Positions 19,770-29,708 of a stretch of 64,000 nt of DNA are shown piece after piece. Position 1 is the first letter of the stretch. Every line of letters begins with the position of its first letter. Below the pieces are notes generated by a model. That model was not told the origin of the DNA. It saw only the letters and a list, made by a program, of their open reading frames with translations, and made no database searches. The translations under genes and the position numbers were made by a program. Where the stretch lies: positions 395 through 64,394 of the forward strand of contig JAFTIR010000021.1 in the NCBI GenBank assembly GCA_017456765.1, in the 5' to 3' direction. This DNA is from Clostridia bacterium (GTDB lineage Bacteria; Bacillota; Clostridia; Oscillospirales; CAG-382).

Positions 19770-20709
19770 CATTCCCTCAGATGTAAAAGAGATAATGGAA
19801 TTTGTCTGTGAGAGTGACGGTATCAGACTTGATGCGTATGTCAGCACAATGTGTGAGCTTACAAGAAGTAGTGCCTCAAGGCTCGTTGAGAACGGAAATG
19901 TTTCTGTAAACGGAAAGGCTGTCACAAAAAAGAGCTTTCCCGTAAAAAACGGATTGCATATAGCTGTTACACTGCCACCCGTTGAGGTATGCTCGGCAAC
20001 GGCGCAAAAAATGGACCTTGATATTGTCTATGAGGATGACGACATAATTATTGTAAATAAGCCTCAGGGGATGGTTGTGCATCCCGCACCGGGAAATCCC
20101 GATAAAACCCTTGTTAACGGACTTATGTACCATTGCGAGGGTAGACTTTCAGGGATAAATGGAGTAATCCGACCCGGAATTGTCCACAGAATAGATAAGG
20201 ACACAAGCGGTCTTTTGGTAGTTGCCAAGAATGATAATGCCCATAATTGCCTTGCAGAGCAAATAAAGGAACATTCCTTCAAGCGCGTGTATAAGGCAGT
20301 TGTTATCGGTAGCTTCTCAGAGGGTGAGGGAAGAATAGACCTTCCTATCGGTAGACACCACACAAACCGAAAGAAAATGGCTGTCACCTCGCAGAATTCT
20401 AAAGAGGCGGCAACTAATTATAAAACAATTGAAGTGTTCAGAGGCTATTCACTTTGTGAATTCAGACTTGAAACAGGAAGAACCCACCAGATAAGGGTTC
20501 ATGCTTCCCATTTCGGTCATGCCGTGGTGGGCGACCCGCTTTATGCACCCTTAGAGGGTAAAAATCCCTTTAACCTTTCGGGTCAGTGCCTTCATGCCCA
20601 AGTTCTCGGCATTGTACATCCAACAAGCGGAGAATATATGGAGTTCGAAGCACCTTTGCCACCACATTTTGAAAGAACACTCGAGCTTTTAAGAAAAAAC
20701 TATAACTAA
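19762..20709 (+). CDS. rluD: RluA/RluD family 23S rRNA pseudouridine synthase
   Basis: S4 domain, NKPQGMVVHP, HRIDKDTSG, LETGRTHQIRVH. Confidence 0.9.
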   Translation: MNNIPSDVKEIMEFVCESDGIRLDAYVSTMCELTRSSASRLVENGNVSVNGKAVTKKSFPVKNGLHIAVTLPPVEVCSATAQKMDLDIVYEDDDIIIVNKPQGMVVHPAPGNPDKTLVNGLMYHCEGRLSGINGVIRPGIVHRIDKDTSGLLVVAKNDNAHNCLAEQIKEHSFKRVYKAVVIGSFSEGEGRIDLPIGRHHTNRKKMAVTSQNSKEAATNYKTIEVFRGYSLCEFRLETGRTHQIRVHASHFGHAVVGDPLYAPLEGKNPFNLSGQCLHAQVLGIVHPTSGEYMEFEAPLPPHFERTLELLRKNYN

Positions 20710-20735
20710 AGTTAAAAATAACTGGAGGAAGTCCC

Positions 20736-21566
20736 ATGGATAAGACCAAACTTTCGGCAATAGCCAATGAAATCCGTAAGGGAGCTTTGACTGCAGTATA
20801 CTCGGCACAGTCGGGTCATCCCGGCGGGTCTTTGGGTATTGCTGATATTCTCGCTTACCTTTACTTTGAAGAAATGAATGTTGACCCCAAAAAACCCAAA
20901 ATGGAAGACAGAGACAGATTTGTTCTCTCAAAGGGTCATACATCACCTGCACTTTATGCGACACTTGCCGAAAAGGGCTTTTTTCCTAAAGAAGATTTAA
21001 AAACCTTCCGCCATAAGGATAGCTACCTCCAAGGACATCCCGACATGAAGAATATCCCCGGTGTTGATATGTCCACAGGCTCACTCGGTCTTGGCGTTTC
21101 TGCGGCTTGCGGTATGGCGCTCAGTGGTAAGATTTCCGAAAAGACATACAGAGTATGGGCAATTCTCGGCGACGGTGAAAGCCAGGAGGGTCAGGTATGG
21201 GAGGCGGCTATGTTCGCATCTCACTATGGACTTAATAACCTTGCAATCTTCGTTGACTGTAACGGACTTCAGATTGACGGAGCAACTTCTGATGTCATGA
21301 ATCCCGAACCCTTTGATGAAAAATATCGTGCTTTCGGCTGGAATACAATGGTAATCGACGGTCATGATTTTGATCAGATAGATGCGGCTGTAAAGGCGGC
21401 AAAGGCATCCGATAAACCCTTTGCAATTATCGCAAAGACTGTTAAGGGCAAGGGCGTTTCCTATATGGAAAATAAGTGTGAATGGCATGGAAGCGCACCT
21501 AAAGAAGAACAGTATGAAATCGGTATGAAGGATCTTGAAAACGCACTTTGCGTAGAATCAAAGTAA
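20736..21566 (+). CDS. Transketolase, N-terminal subunit
   Basis: SGHPGGSL, LSKGH, LQGHP, STGSLG, GDGESQEG TPP motif. Confidence 0.93.
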   Translation: MDKTKLSAIANEIRKGALTAVYSAQSGHPGGSLGIADILAYLYFEEMNVDPKKPKMEDRDRFVLSKGHTSPALYATLAEKGFFPKEDLKTFRHKDSYLQGHPDMKNIPGVDMSTGSLGLGVSAACGMALSGKISEKTYRVWAILGDGESQEGQVWEAAMFASHYGLNNLAIFVDCNGLQIDGATSDVMNPEPFDEKYRAFGWNTMVIDGHDFDQIDAAVKAAKASDKPFAIIAKTVKGKGVSYMENKCEWHGSAPKEEQYEIGMKDLENALCVESK

Positions 21567-21581
21567 GGGGAGGTAAGAGTA

Positions 21582-22517
21582 ATGTCAGAAAAAATCGCAA
21601 CAAGAGACGGTTACGGTAAGGCTCTTGCCGAACTCGGTGAAAAATATGATTTTGTAGTTCTTGATGCTGACCTTGCGGCGGCAACAAAGACGGGAGTATT
21701 TAAGAAGGCGTTCCCGAATAGATTCTTTGACTGCGGTATCGCTGAGGGAAATATGATGGGCGTTGCAGCAGGTATCGCTTCAACAGGTAAGACTGTATTT
21801 GCTTCTTCCTTTGCAATGTTTGCGGCAGGACGTGCCTTTGAACAGGTAAGAAACATCATCGGTTATCCTCACCTCAACGTTAAAATCGGTGCAACCCATG
21901 CAGGTATCACCGTAGGTGAAGACGGTGCAACACACCAGTGTAATGAAGATATTGCGCTCATGAGAACAATTCCCGGCATGGTAATCTTAAATCCTGCCGA
22001 TGCAGTTGAAGCAAAAGCGTGCGTAGAAGCGGCTCTCAAGCATAATGGACCTGTATACCTTCGTTTTGGCAGACTTGCTGTTCCCGTAATCTATGATGAG
22101 GGACACACAGTTGAAATAGGTAAGGGAAGCGTTATTTGTGAAGGTACGGATGTAACCATTATCGCAACAGGTCTTATGGTTTCAATTGCTCTTGAAGCAA
22201 ATGAAATCCTGAAAGCAGAGGGCATATCTGCAAGAATCGTAAATATGCCTTGTATCAAGCCTATTGACGCAGAGCTTATTAAAGAATGTGCGGAAAAGAC
22301 GGGTTTGATCGTAACCTGCGAGGAGCATAATATAATCGGCGGTATGGGAAGTGCGGTTGCAGAGGTTGTCTGTGAATCAAAACCCGTTCCCGTCGTTCGT
22401 GTCGGTGTAAATGACACCTACGGTAAGTCGGGTAAGGCTCAGGATCTTATTCCTGTGTTCGGACTTGATGCTGTAAGCGTAGCAAACCGTGTTAAAGAAG
22501 CGCTTAAATTAAAGTAA
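21582..22517 (+). CDS. Transketolase, C-terminal subunit
   Basis: GIAEGNM, GEDGATHQ, GPVYLRFGR, EEHNIIGG. Confidence 0.93.
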   Translation: MSEKIATRDGYGKALAELGEKYDFVVLDADLAAATKTGVFKKAFPNRFFDCGIAEGNMMGVAAGIASTGKTVFASSFAMFAAGRAFEQVRNIIGYPHLNVKIGATHAGITVGEDGATHQCNEDIALMRTIPGMVILNPADAVEAKACVEAALKHNGPVYLRFGRLAVPVIYDEGHTVEIGKGSVICEGTDVTIIATGLMVSIALEANEILKAEGISARIVNMPCIKPIDAELIKECAEKTGLIVTCEEHNIIGGMGSAVAEVVCESKPVPVVRVGVNDTYGKSGKAQDLIPVFGLDAVSVANRVKEALKLK

Positions 22518-22539
22518 TATATATAAAGGAGAAAAGACA

Positions 22540-23748
22540 ATGAAAGTATGAGTTATCAATGCGGGCAGTTCCTCCATTAAGTATCAGCTTATTGATATGA
22601 CAAACGAAACTCTTTTAGCTAAAGGTCAGTGCGACAGAATCGGTATTGACGGAGGCAACTTCAAGCAGAAGAATGCTGACGGCACAGAATATAAGGTAGA
22701 GGTTGATATTCCTGACCACGCAGCAGGTATCAAACTCGTAGTTGACGCTCTCACAGATAAGGACCACGGCGTTATCAGCTCCATGAGTGAGATTTCAGCG
22801 GTTGGACATAGAGTTGTTCACGGCGGCGAAAAGTTCTCCGGCTCCGTTGTTATCAATGAAGATATTATCGAAGCAATGAAGGAGTGTTCTGTTCTCAGCC
22901 CTCTCCATAACCCTGCAAACCTTACAGGTATCAGAGCTTGTCAGGAAATTATGGGTATGGATGTACCTCAGGTTGGTGTATTTGATACATCCTTCCATCA
23001 GACAATGCCCGACTATGCTTATATGTACGCTATTCCCTATGAATACTATGAAAAGTATAAGCTCAGAAGATACGGCTTCCACGGTACTTCTCACAGATAT
23101 GTAACAGCACGTGCTGCTGCTATGCTCGGAAAGAAACCCGAAGAAATCAATATCGTTACATGCCACCTCGGTAACGGCTCCTCCATCACTGCAGTTAAGG
23201 GCGGCAAGAGCTTTGATACAACAATGGGTGTTACACCTCTTGAAGGTCTCATGATGGGTACACGTTGCGGTAATATTGACCCTGCTATCATTCCTTTCCT
23301 CATGGAAAAGGAAGGTCTTACTGCTAAGGAAGTTGACGCCATAATGAATAAGAAGTCAGGTATCCTCGGTGTTACAGGCGGAGTAACAAGCGATAACAGA
23401 GACATCGATGACGGCGCAAGGAACGGTAACGAAAGATACCAGCTTATTGAAAAGATGCTCTGCCACCAGATTACAAAGTTTGTAGGCGGATATGCCGCTG
23501 CAATGGGCGGCGTTGATGCTATTGTATTCACAGGCGGTATCGGTGAAAACAATCCCAAGTACAGAACGGCTGTTGCAAATAACCTTAAGTTCATTGGCGT
23601 TGAAATCGACGAAGAAATCAACGGAAAGGCAAAGAGAACAAGCGACGAAAACGACATCTCCGCAAAGGGAGCAAAGGTTAAGATGCTTGTAATCCCCACA
23701 AACGAAGAACTTATGATTGCAAGAGATACTTACGAACTTGTAAAGTAA
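22540..23748 (+). CDS. ackA: Acetate kinase with in-frame TGA at codon 4 (nonsense allele or sequence error)
   Basis: RBS AAGGAG then ATG AAA GTA TGA GTT ATC AAT GCG GGC AGT TCC TCC = MKV*VINAGSSS, in frame with the 22597 ORF; GHRVVHGG, PLHNP, FDTSFH, YGFHGTSH, HLGNGSS, FTGGIGEN, PTNEELMIA all intact. Confidence 0.9.
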
Positions 23749-23758
23749 AATATTTTTG

Positions 23759-23790
23759 TGCAGCCGGTGTTTATATACCGGTTGCATTTT
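23759..23790 (+). terminator. Intrinsic terminator after ackA
   Basis: TGCAGCCGGTGT...ATACCGGTTGCA followed by TTTTT. Confidence 0.65.
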
Positions 23791-23818
23791 TGTGTTGTTA
23801 TAAAGAAAGGAAAACACT

Positions 23819-24136
23819 ATGCCCCAAATTAACTTTAACATAACCACCCTTTTATTTATTCTTAATATTCTCACTTTTTTGCTTTTCGGCTTTGATAAAA
23901 TAAGGGCGAAAAAGAAAGGTTATCGCATACCCGAGGCGGTGCTTATCCTGCTTTCGCTGTTTTTCGGGGGAGTGGGGGCAATGCTCGGTATGGTAATATT
24001 TAACCATAAGACAAACAGAATGCCCTTTAGAATAATTGTGCCGCTTTCATTTGTACTGAACTATATTTTCAGCTATGATTCCTTCCGCCTGTTTAAGGCA
24101 ATTCTTAAGGCAATTTTACAAATTATCCCTGAATAA
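23819..24136 (+). CDS. DUF1294 family membrane protein
   Basis: FGFDKIRAK...RIPEAVL...GG.GA..GM..FNHKT. Confidence 0.85.
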   Translation: MPQINFNITTLLFILNILTFLLFGFDKIRAKKKGYRIPEAVLILLSLFFGGVGAMLGMVIFNHKTNRMPFRIIVPLSFVLNYIFSYDSFRLFKAILKAILQIIPE

Positions 24137-24179
24137 CAGAAAATTAACAATTTTTGTGTAACTATTTGGCATTTAGGTA

Positions 24180-24208
24180 TTGCAAAAAAATTAACAATGT
24201 TATATAAT
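24180..24208 (+). promoter_or_regulatory. Sigma-A promoter of decarboxylase operon, possible overlapping Rex-like site
   Basis: TTGCAA-N17-TATAAT; 24180-24197 TTGCAAA-AAAA-TTAACAA resembles the clostridial Rex box TTGTTAA-N4-TTAACAA. Confidence 0.55.
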
Positions 24209-24281
24209 GAATTCATAATGGGGCGGAAGTGGTAATATTTCGCAAAAACCCGTTTTTTAACATCTGTATGGAGGTAAAGAT

Positions 24282-25769
24282 ATGGATTTACAGAAGAGAA
24301 GCGAAAGCCTCGTCAAAGCAAAGAAATCCCTTGTTGACAGAGCGGCTGCAGATAAACTCCATAAGGCAGGAAAATTTACTGCATATGAGCTTATAGGTCA
24401 GCTTTTCGATGAAGGTACATTTGTTGAGACAAACGCATATGTAAAGGCTTACGCAAATGAACTCGGCACATCCGACACCGCCGAATATGAAGGCGTTGTA
24501 TGCGGCTACGGTGCTGTTGACGGAAGACTTACCTTTGTTTATGCACAGAACGCAGCAAGACTTAACGGTGCGTTTTCCAAGGCTGCAGCTGAAAAGATTG
24601 CGGCACTTTATGATATGGCAAAGAAAAACGGTGCGCCCGTAGTATCTGTATTTGATTCAAACGGTGCAAAGGTAGAAGAGGGTATTGATGTACTCTCCGG
24701 CTACGGTAAGGTAATGAAGAAGGCTTCACTTCTCCGCGGAAAGGTTCCCCAGATTTCTGTTATCGTTGGTAACTGTGCAGGAGCTGCTGCCACAATTGCG
24801 GCACTTTCTGATATTTCCGTTATGGTTGAGGGCGCGTCCTATTCCATAACCCCCGCAAGTGTTCTTTCTTCCTGCGGAGCTAAAGAAAATGTAGCTACAA
24901 GCGAATATGCTTCCGAAAAGGGCATGGTTTGCATGACTGCAAAGAATACTGCCGAAGCATTCGCTTCTGTTAAGGATGTTCTTTCTTACCTTCCTTCAAA
25001 TAAGCTTGATACTAACGTTTATACAGGCGTAGAAGATAACCCCAACCGTGCAACACCTGAGGTTGCATCCATAGTTGCAGGTGAAAAGTATGACGTTCAC
25101 AGCGTGATTGCATCTGTTGCAGACGGCGCAAGATTTTTAGAGCTTAACGCAGGAAAATCTGCGGCAATTGTTACAGGTTTTATGACTGTTAACGGCGTTG
25201 TTGCAGGTGTTGTTGCTAATAACCCTGCGGCAAAGGACGCAAAGCTCTGCAAAGGCTGTATGAATAAGGCGGCAGATTTTATAAACTTCTGCGATGCTTT
25301 CGGAATTTCCATTGTCACTCTTGTTGACACAAACGGCTTCTGCGCTGAATGTGAAGCAAAGGGTAAGGACTTCGTTTCTGCATCCGCACGTCTTGCTGAA
25401 AGCTATAGCACAGCAACAGTTCCCATGGTAACAGTAAATGTCGGCTCTGCTTACGGCTCTGCTTTCACACTCATGGGTTCAAAAGAGCTTGGTGCTGATA
25501 TGGTTATCGCACTTGACAGTGCTAAAATCGGTGTTTTAAAACCCGGTGCAGGCGTTGCTATGATGTGGACAGAAAAGATGGCCGGCGCTAAAGCTCCCAT
25601 CGAAAAGAGAAAGGCTCTTGAGGAAGAATGGGAACTTCTCATGTCAACTCCTATTCTTGCTGCAGAAGCAGGTCAGGTTGATGACATTATTCCTGCAGAA
25701 GACCTTCGAGTTAAGATTGCATCTGCCCTTGAAATGCTCTCCATGAAGAGAGAGTTTGCATCCCTTTAA
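24282..25769 (+). CDS. Acyl-CoA carboxyltransferase-like subunit (MmdA/PccB family), divergent
   Basis: LFDEGTFVE, EGVVCGYGAVDGR, DSNGAKVEEG, VPQISVI, GVVAN, AAEAGQVDDII. Confidence 0.85.
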   Translation: MDLQKRSESLVKAKKSLVDRAAADKLHKAGKFTAYELIGQLFDEGTFVETNAYVKAYANELGTSDTAEYEGVVCGYGAVDGRLTFVYAQNAARLNGAFSKAAAEKIAALYDMAKKNGAPVVSVFDSNGAKVEEGIDVLSGYGKVMKKASLLRGKVPQISVIVGNCAGAAATIAALSDISVMVEGASYSITPASVLSSCGAKENVATSEYASEKGMVCMTAKNTAEAFASVKDVLSYLPSNKLDTNVYTGVEDNPNRATPEVASIVAGEKYDVHSVIASVADGARFLELNAGKSAAIVTGFMTVNGVVAGVVANNPAAKDAKLCKGCMNKAADFINFCDAFGISIVTLVDTNGFCAECEAKGKDFVSASARLAESYSTATVPMVTVNVGSAYGSAFTLMGSKELGADMVIALDSAKIGVLKPGAGVAMMWTEKMAGAKAPIEKRKALEEEWELLMSTPILAAEAGQVDDIIPAEDLRVKIASALEMLSMKREFASL

Positions 25770-25790
25770 TTAAGAATTGGTGGTGTAATT

Positions 25791-26180
25791 ATGAATATGC
25801 AATTGTTGAATGCAGTTTCTGAATTCTATACTCAGAAATTTGATCCCGGCTCTGCTGAGGCGGTGAATAAGGCACTTTCTTTCGGTCTTCCGTTTTCCCT
25901 CTTTGGCTTTGCAGTAGTTTTCGGCGTTCTTGCGGTTATTATGTTTATCGTAAAAATTTTCGGTAAGGTTTTTTCGTCAAAAGAGGAAAAGCCGAAAGTG
26001 AAGAAGGTTGAAATGAAGCCGGAAGTAAAGGTTGAAGCACCGGCACCTGTCGTAGAGGCAGCTCCCGTAGCCGATAACGGAGGTATAGTTGCGGCAATCA
26101 TGGCGGCAATAAGTGCTTTTCGCGCCTCTAACGGTGAAGGCGGCTCTTTCAGAGTAGTTTCATTCAAAAAGAGAAAGTAA
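25791..26180 (+). CDS. OadG/MmdD-type decarboxylase subunit
   Basis: Single TM helix (GFAVVFGVL), Ala/Pro linker, IVAAIMAAI, FRVVSFKK. Confidence 0.85.
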   Translation: MNMQLLNAVSEFYTQKFDPGSAEAVNKALSFGLPFSLFGFAVVFGVLAVIMFIVKIFGKVFSSKEEKPKVKKVEMKPEVKVEAPAPVVEAAPVADNGGIVAAIMAAISAFRASNGEGGSFRVVSFKKRK

Positions 26181-26208
26181 ATTCTATTTATAAAAGGAGA
26201 TTATTATC

Positions 26209-26613
26209 ATGGCTAAACAATATAGTGTTACAGTAAACGGCGTTGTATATGACGTTTTAGTTGAAGAAGTTGGTGCGGTAGCATCTGCACCCGTAGTTGC
26301 AGCACCTGTGGCAGCTCCCGTCGCAGCACCTGCACCCGTAGCGGCTCCTGCTCCTGCAGCAGCACCCGCAGCAGCTCCTGCCCCCGCAGCTCCCGGCGCA
26401 GGTGACCCCATCAATGCTCCCCTTAACGGTACTGTTCTTAAGATTAACGTTGAAAACGGCGCATCTGTAAAGAGCGGCGACGTTCTTTGCGTACTCGAAG
26501 CTATGAAGATGGAAAACGACATCGTAGCTCCCAGAGACGGTAAGATTACTTCTGTTGTTGCTCAGAAGGGTGCATCTGTAAATTCAGGTGACGTTCTCTT
26601 TACACTTGCATAA
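26209..26613 (+). CDS. Biotin carboxyl carrier protein
   Basis: EAMKMEN biotinylation motif; VTVNG..YDV.VEE N-terminus; Ala/Pro linker. Confidence 0.95.
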   Translation: MAKQYSVTVNGVVYDVLVEEVGAVASAPVVAAPVAAPVAAPAPVAAPAPAAAPAAAPAPAAPGAGDPINAPLNGTVLKINVENGASVKSGDVLCVLEAMKMENDIVAPRDGKITSVVAQKGASVNSGDVLFTLA

Positions 26614-26636
26614 GTAGTTTATAGAGGTGTATTTCA

Positions 26637-27851
26637 ATGTTTAATATTGTTGAAAGTTTGGTAAAACTGTGGAAAACAACAGGTATTTATCAGATGCTTT
26701 ATACTGACGGACAGATTGATGTTGCATTTGTAAAGACACTTATCATGCTTGCAATATCGGGTGTTCTGATTTACCTTGCAATCGGAAAGGGCTTTGAACC
26801 GCTTCTTCTTCTTCCAATTGCATTCGGTATGCTTCTTGCAAATCTTCCCGGAACAGGTCTTTTCCATAAAGAATTTTTTATAAACGATTCGGGCTCTATT
26901 GACTGGGCTCTTCTCGGTAATAAGGGCGGACTTATGGACTACCTTTACCTTGGTGTAAAGCTGGGTATTTATCCCTCGCTTATCTTCCTTGCTATCGGTG
27001 CCATGACTGACTTTACTCCCCTTATCGCAAAACCCTCAAGCCTTCTTCTCGGTGCCGGTGCACAGTTTGGTATTTATGTTGCCTTTACCGGCGCTCTTGC
27101 ACTCGGATTTTCTCCCCAGGAAGCGGCATCTATCGGCATTATAGGCGGTGCCGACGGTCCTACAGCTATTCTTGTTACAAAGACTCTTGCTCCTCATCTT
27201 CTTGGTGCAATTGCTGTTGCGGCTTATTCCTATATGGCACTTATCCCGATTATCCAGCCTCCGCTTATGAGACTTGTTACAACAAAGAAGGAAAGACAGA
27301 TAAAGATGGAAATGTCGTCGCTCCGACCCGTTTCCAGAATTGAAAAGCTCGTTTTCCCTGTGCTTGTTGCTGCAGTGGTAGCTCTCATTCTTCCCGATGC
27401 TGCACCCCTTGTAGGTTTCCTTATGCTCGGTAATCTTCTCAATGTCTGCGGCGTTACGGACAGACTTTCAAAAACTGCACAGAATGAGCTTTGTAATATT
27501 GTTACAATCTTCCTCGGTGTTTCCGTTGGTATCACAGCCGATGCCGAGAGCTTTTTGAAGCTTGATACAATTCTCATTATTGTACTCGGTCTTACAGCAT
27601 TTGCGTTCGCTACTATCGGTGGACTTATCCTCGGTAAGATTATGTGCCTCCTTTCAGGCGGCAGAATCAATCCCCTTATCGGTTCTGCAGGTGTATCTGC
27701 AGTCCCCATGGCAGCAAGAGTTGCCCAGACTGTCGGACAGAAGGAAAACCCCTCTAACTTCCTTCTCATGCACGCAATGGGCCCCAACGTTGCGGGTGTT
27801 ATAGGTTCTGCGGTTGCCGCAGGCGTATTCCTCGCATCAATTCCTCACTAA
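26637..27851 (+). CDS. oadB: Na+-translocating decarboxylase beta subunit
   Basis: FEPLLLLPI, GIIGGADGPT, AAYSYMAL, GSAGVSAVPMAARV, AMGPNVAGVIGS. Confidence 0.93.
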   Translation: MFNIVESLVKLWKTTGIYQMLYTDGQIDVAFVKTLIMLAISGVLIYLAIGKGFEPLLLLPIAFGMLLANLPGTGLFHKEFFINDSGSIDWALLGNKGGLMDYLYLGVKLGIYPSLIFLAIGAMTDFTPLIAKPSSLLLGAGAQFGIYVAFTGALALGFSPQEAASIGIIGGADGPTAILVTKTLAPHLLGAIAVAAYSYMALIPIIQPPLMRLVTTKKERQIKMEMSSLRPVSRIEKLVFPVLVAAVVALILPDAAPLVGFLMLGNLLNVCGVTDRLSKTAQNELCNIVTIFLGVSVGITADAESFLKLDTILIIVLGLTAFAFATIGGLILGKIMCLLSGGRINPLIGSAGVSAVPMAARVAQTVGQKENPSNFLLMHAMGPNVAGVIGSAVAAGVFLASIPH

Positions 27852-27904
27852 TGTTTTCCGATTTTTTACTCGTATCGTACTGATTCAAGAAAGGAAAAAT
27901 AACA

Positions 27905-29299
27905 ATGGCTAAAGTTAAAATAATGGAAACAGCTCTTCGTGACTCGCACCAGTCCCTTGTTGCAACACGAATGACTACAGACGAAATGCTTCCGATTCTC
28001 GATTCCCTCGATGAAATCGGTTACTATGCAATGGAGGTTTGGGGCGGCGCAACATTCGACTCCTGCCTCAGATTCCTTAATGAAGACCCCTGGCAGAGAC
28101 TCAGAACAATCAGAAGCCACATCAAAAATTCAAAGCTTCAGATGCTCTTCCGCGGACAGAATATTCTTGGCTACAGACACTATGCCGATGACGTTGTTGA
28201 ATACTTTGTACAGAAGTCTATTGCAAACGGTATTGACATCATCAGAATTTTCGATGCTCTTAATGACGTAAGAAACTTAAAGACTGCTATCAATGCGACA
28301 AAGAAGGAAGGCGGTCATGTTCAGGCGGCTCTCTCCTATACAACAGGCGCTACCTTTACAGAGGAATACTATGTAAAGTATGCAAAGCAGCTTGAAGAAA
28401 TGGGCGCAGACTCTATCTGTATCAAGGATATGGCAGGTCTCTTAAAGCCATACACAGCATATAGCCTCGTTAAGGCACTCAAGGAAAATGTAAAGGTGCC
28501 GATTCAGCTTCATACACACTATACAGCAGGTCTTGCTTCAATGACAGTTCTCAAGGCTGTTGAAGCAGGTGTTGATATTATCGACACAGCCATGGCTCCA
28601 CTCGCTATGGGTACATCCCAGCCTCCGACAGAGCCTATTGTTGCATCTCTTGCAGGCACAGAATATGACACAGGTCTTTCACTCGAAAAGCTCGATAAGG
28701 CTTCAAAGCAGTTCGATGCTTTACGCGAGAAGTATCTGGCAAGCGGTCTTCTTGACCCCAAGGTACTCAAGGTTGACGTTAACGCACTTCTTTATCAGGT
28801 ACCCGGCGGTATGCTTTCAAACCTCGTTTCTCAGCTTAAGAACGCAGGTAAGAGCGATAAGCTCTTAGAGGTTCTCGAAGAAGTACCGAGAGTAAGAGCT
28901 GACGTTGGTAATCCTCCTCTTGTTACACCCTCAAGTCAGATTGTAGGTACACAGGCAGTTATGAACGTAATTGCAGGTGAAAGATATAAGATGGTTACAA
29001 AGGAATTCAAGGGTCTTGTGCGCGGCGAATACGGTAAGACACCCGAGCCTATTTCTGAGGAAATCAAGAAGATGGTTATCGGTGACGAAAAGCAGATTAC
29101 ATGCCGTCCTGCAGATAATATAAAGCCCGAGCTTGAAAAGTTAAAGGCAGAATGTGCACAGTATGTAATGCAGGATGAGGACGTTCTCTCCTATGCACTC
29201 TTTGACCAGGTTGCAGTTAAGTTCTTTGAAGAAAGAAAACTTACTGCTAACGGTCTTGATAAGAATACCGACACCGAGAATAAGATTACTACTGTTTAA
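27905..29299 (+). CDS. oadA: Oxaloacetate decarboxylase alpha-type carboxyltransferase without fused biotin domain
   Basis: LRDSHQSL, EVWGGATFD, IKDMAG, LHTH, QVPGGMLSNL, PPLVTPSSQIVG; ends at 464 aa with no MKM motif. Confidence 0.9.
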   Translation: MAKVKIMETALRDSHQSLVATRMTTDEMLPILDSLDEIGYYAMEVWGGATFDSCLRFLNEDPWQRLRTIRSHIKNSKLQMLFRGQNILGYRHYADDVVEYFVQKSIANGIDIIRIFDALNDVRNLKTAINATKKEGGHVQAALSYTTGATFTEEYYVKYAKQLEEMGADSICIKDMAGLLKPYTAYSLVKALKENVKVPIQLHTHYTAGLASMTVLKAVEAGVDIIDTAMAPLAMGTSQPPTEPIVASLAGTEYDTGLSLEKLDKASKQFDALREKYLASGLLDPKVLKVDVNALLYQVPGGMLSNLVSQLKNAGKSDKLLEVLEEVPRVRADVGNPPLVTPSSQIVGTQAVMNVIAGERYKMVTKEFKGLVRGEYGKTPEPISEEIKKMVIGDEKQITCRPADNIKPELEKLKAECAQYVMQDEDVLSYALFDQVAVKFFEERKLTANGLDKNTDTENKITTV

Positions 29300-29310
29300 T
29301 TAAAGTATTT

Positions 29311-29347
29311 GGGCTGTAATTGTGTAAATAACGTCGCAATTACAGCC
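29311..29347. terminator. Hairpin between convergent oadA and ylmC
   Basis: GGCTGTAATTG...CAATTACAGCC perfect inverted repeat. Confidence 0.7.
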
Positions 29348-29644
29348 TTAATTCTTAAAAATTCCCGAAAGAAAAGAGTGTTTTTTCTCCTGTGAGACAG
29401 GCTCCGGCGGCAGAATATAGTCGGCAATTATAAGGTCGTCGCCGATTTTTTTGATGCACTCCCAGGGAATTACAATTGTGTTTCTTTTTAGGCTGAAGCA
29501 GCCTGACGGCAGTTCAACAACTACCGATACAATCTGCGCATTTTCAAGCTGAATGTTTATATCCACAATAAACCCAAGCCTTGAACAGTCCATACAGCTT
29601 ATGACTTCTTTCTTTGATAGCTCTTCAAATGAGCATACTCTCAT
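29348..29644 (-). CDS. ylmC: YlmC/YmxH family sporulation PRC-barrel protein
   Basis: ELSKKEVI...RLG...IPWECIKKIGDDLII. Confidence 0.85.
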   Translation of the reverse strand: MRVCSFEELSKKEVISCMDCSRLGFIVDINIQLENAQIVSVVVELPSGCFSLKRNTIVIPWECIKKIGDDLIIADYILPPEPVSQEKKHSFLSGIFKN

Positions 29645-29708
29645 GTAAAATCACCCCTTTACATTTTATGCTCGCACAAGATTTTTTTACACTTTTGCGG
29701 AGGTAACA

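Noticed and set aside
22549-22551. TGA recoding (Sec, Trp or Gly) as a genome-wide explanation for the ackA stop
   Set aside because: TGA is a normal stop elsewhere (miaA, spmA, spmB, yggT, PIG-L, several with TGATG/ATGA coupling), no other gene here has an internal TGA, and the aligned residue is Leu.
26275-26400. GCA/CCT-rich tandem-like repeats
   Set aside because: They encode the normal Ala/Pro linker of biotin carrier proteins.
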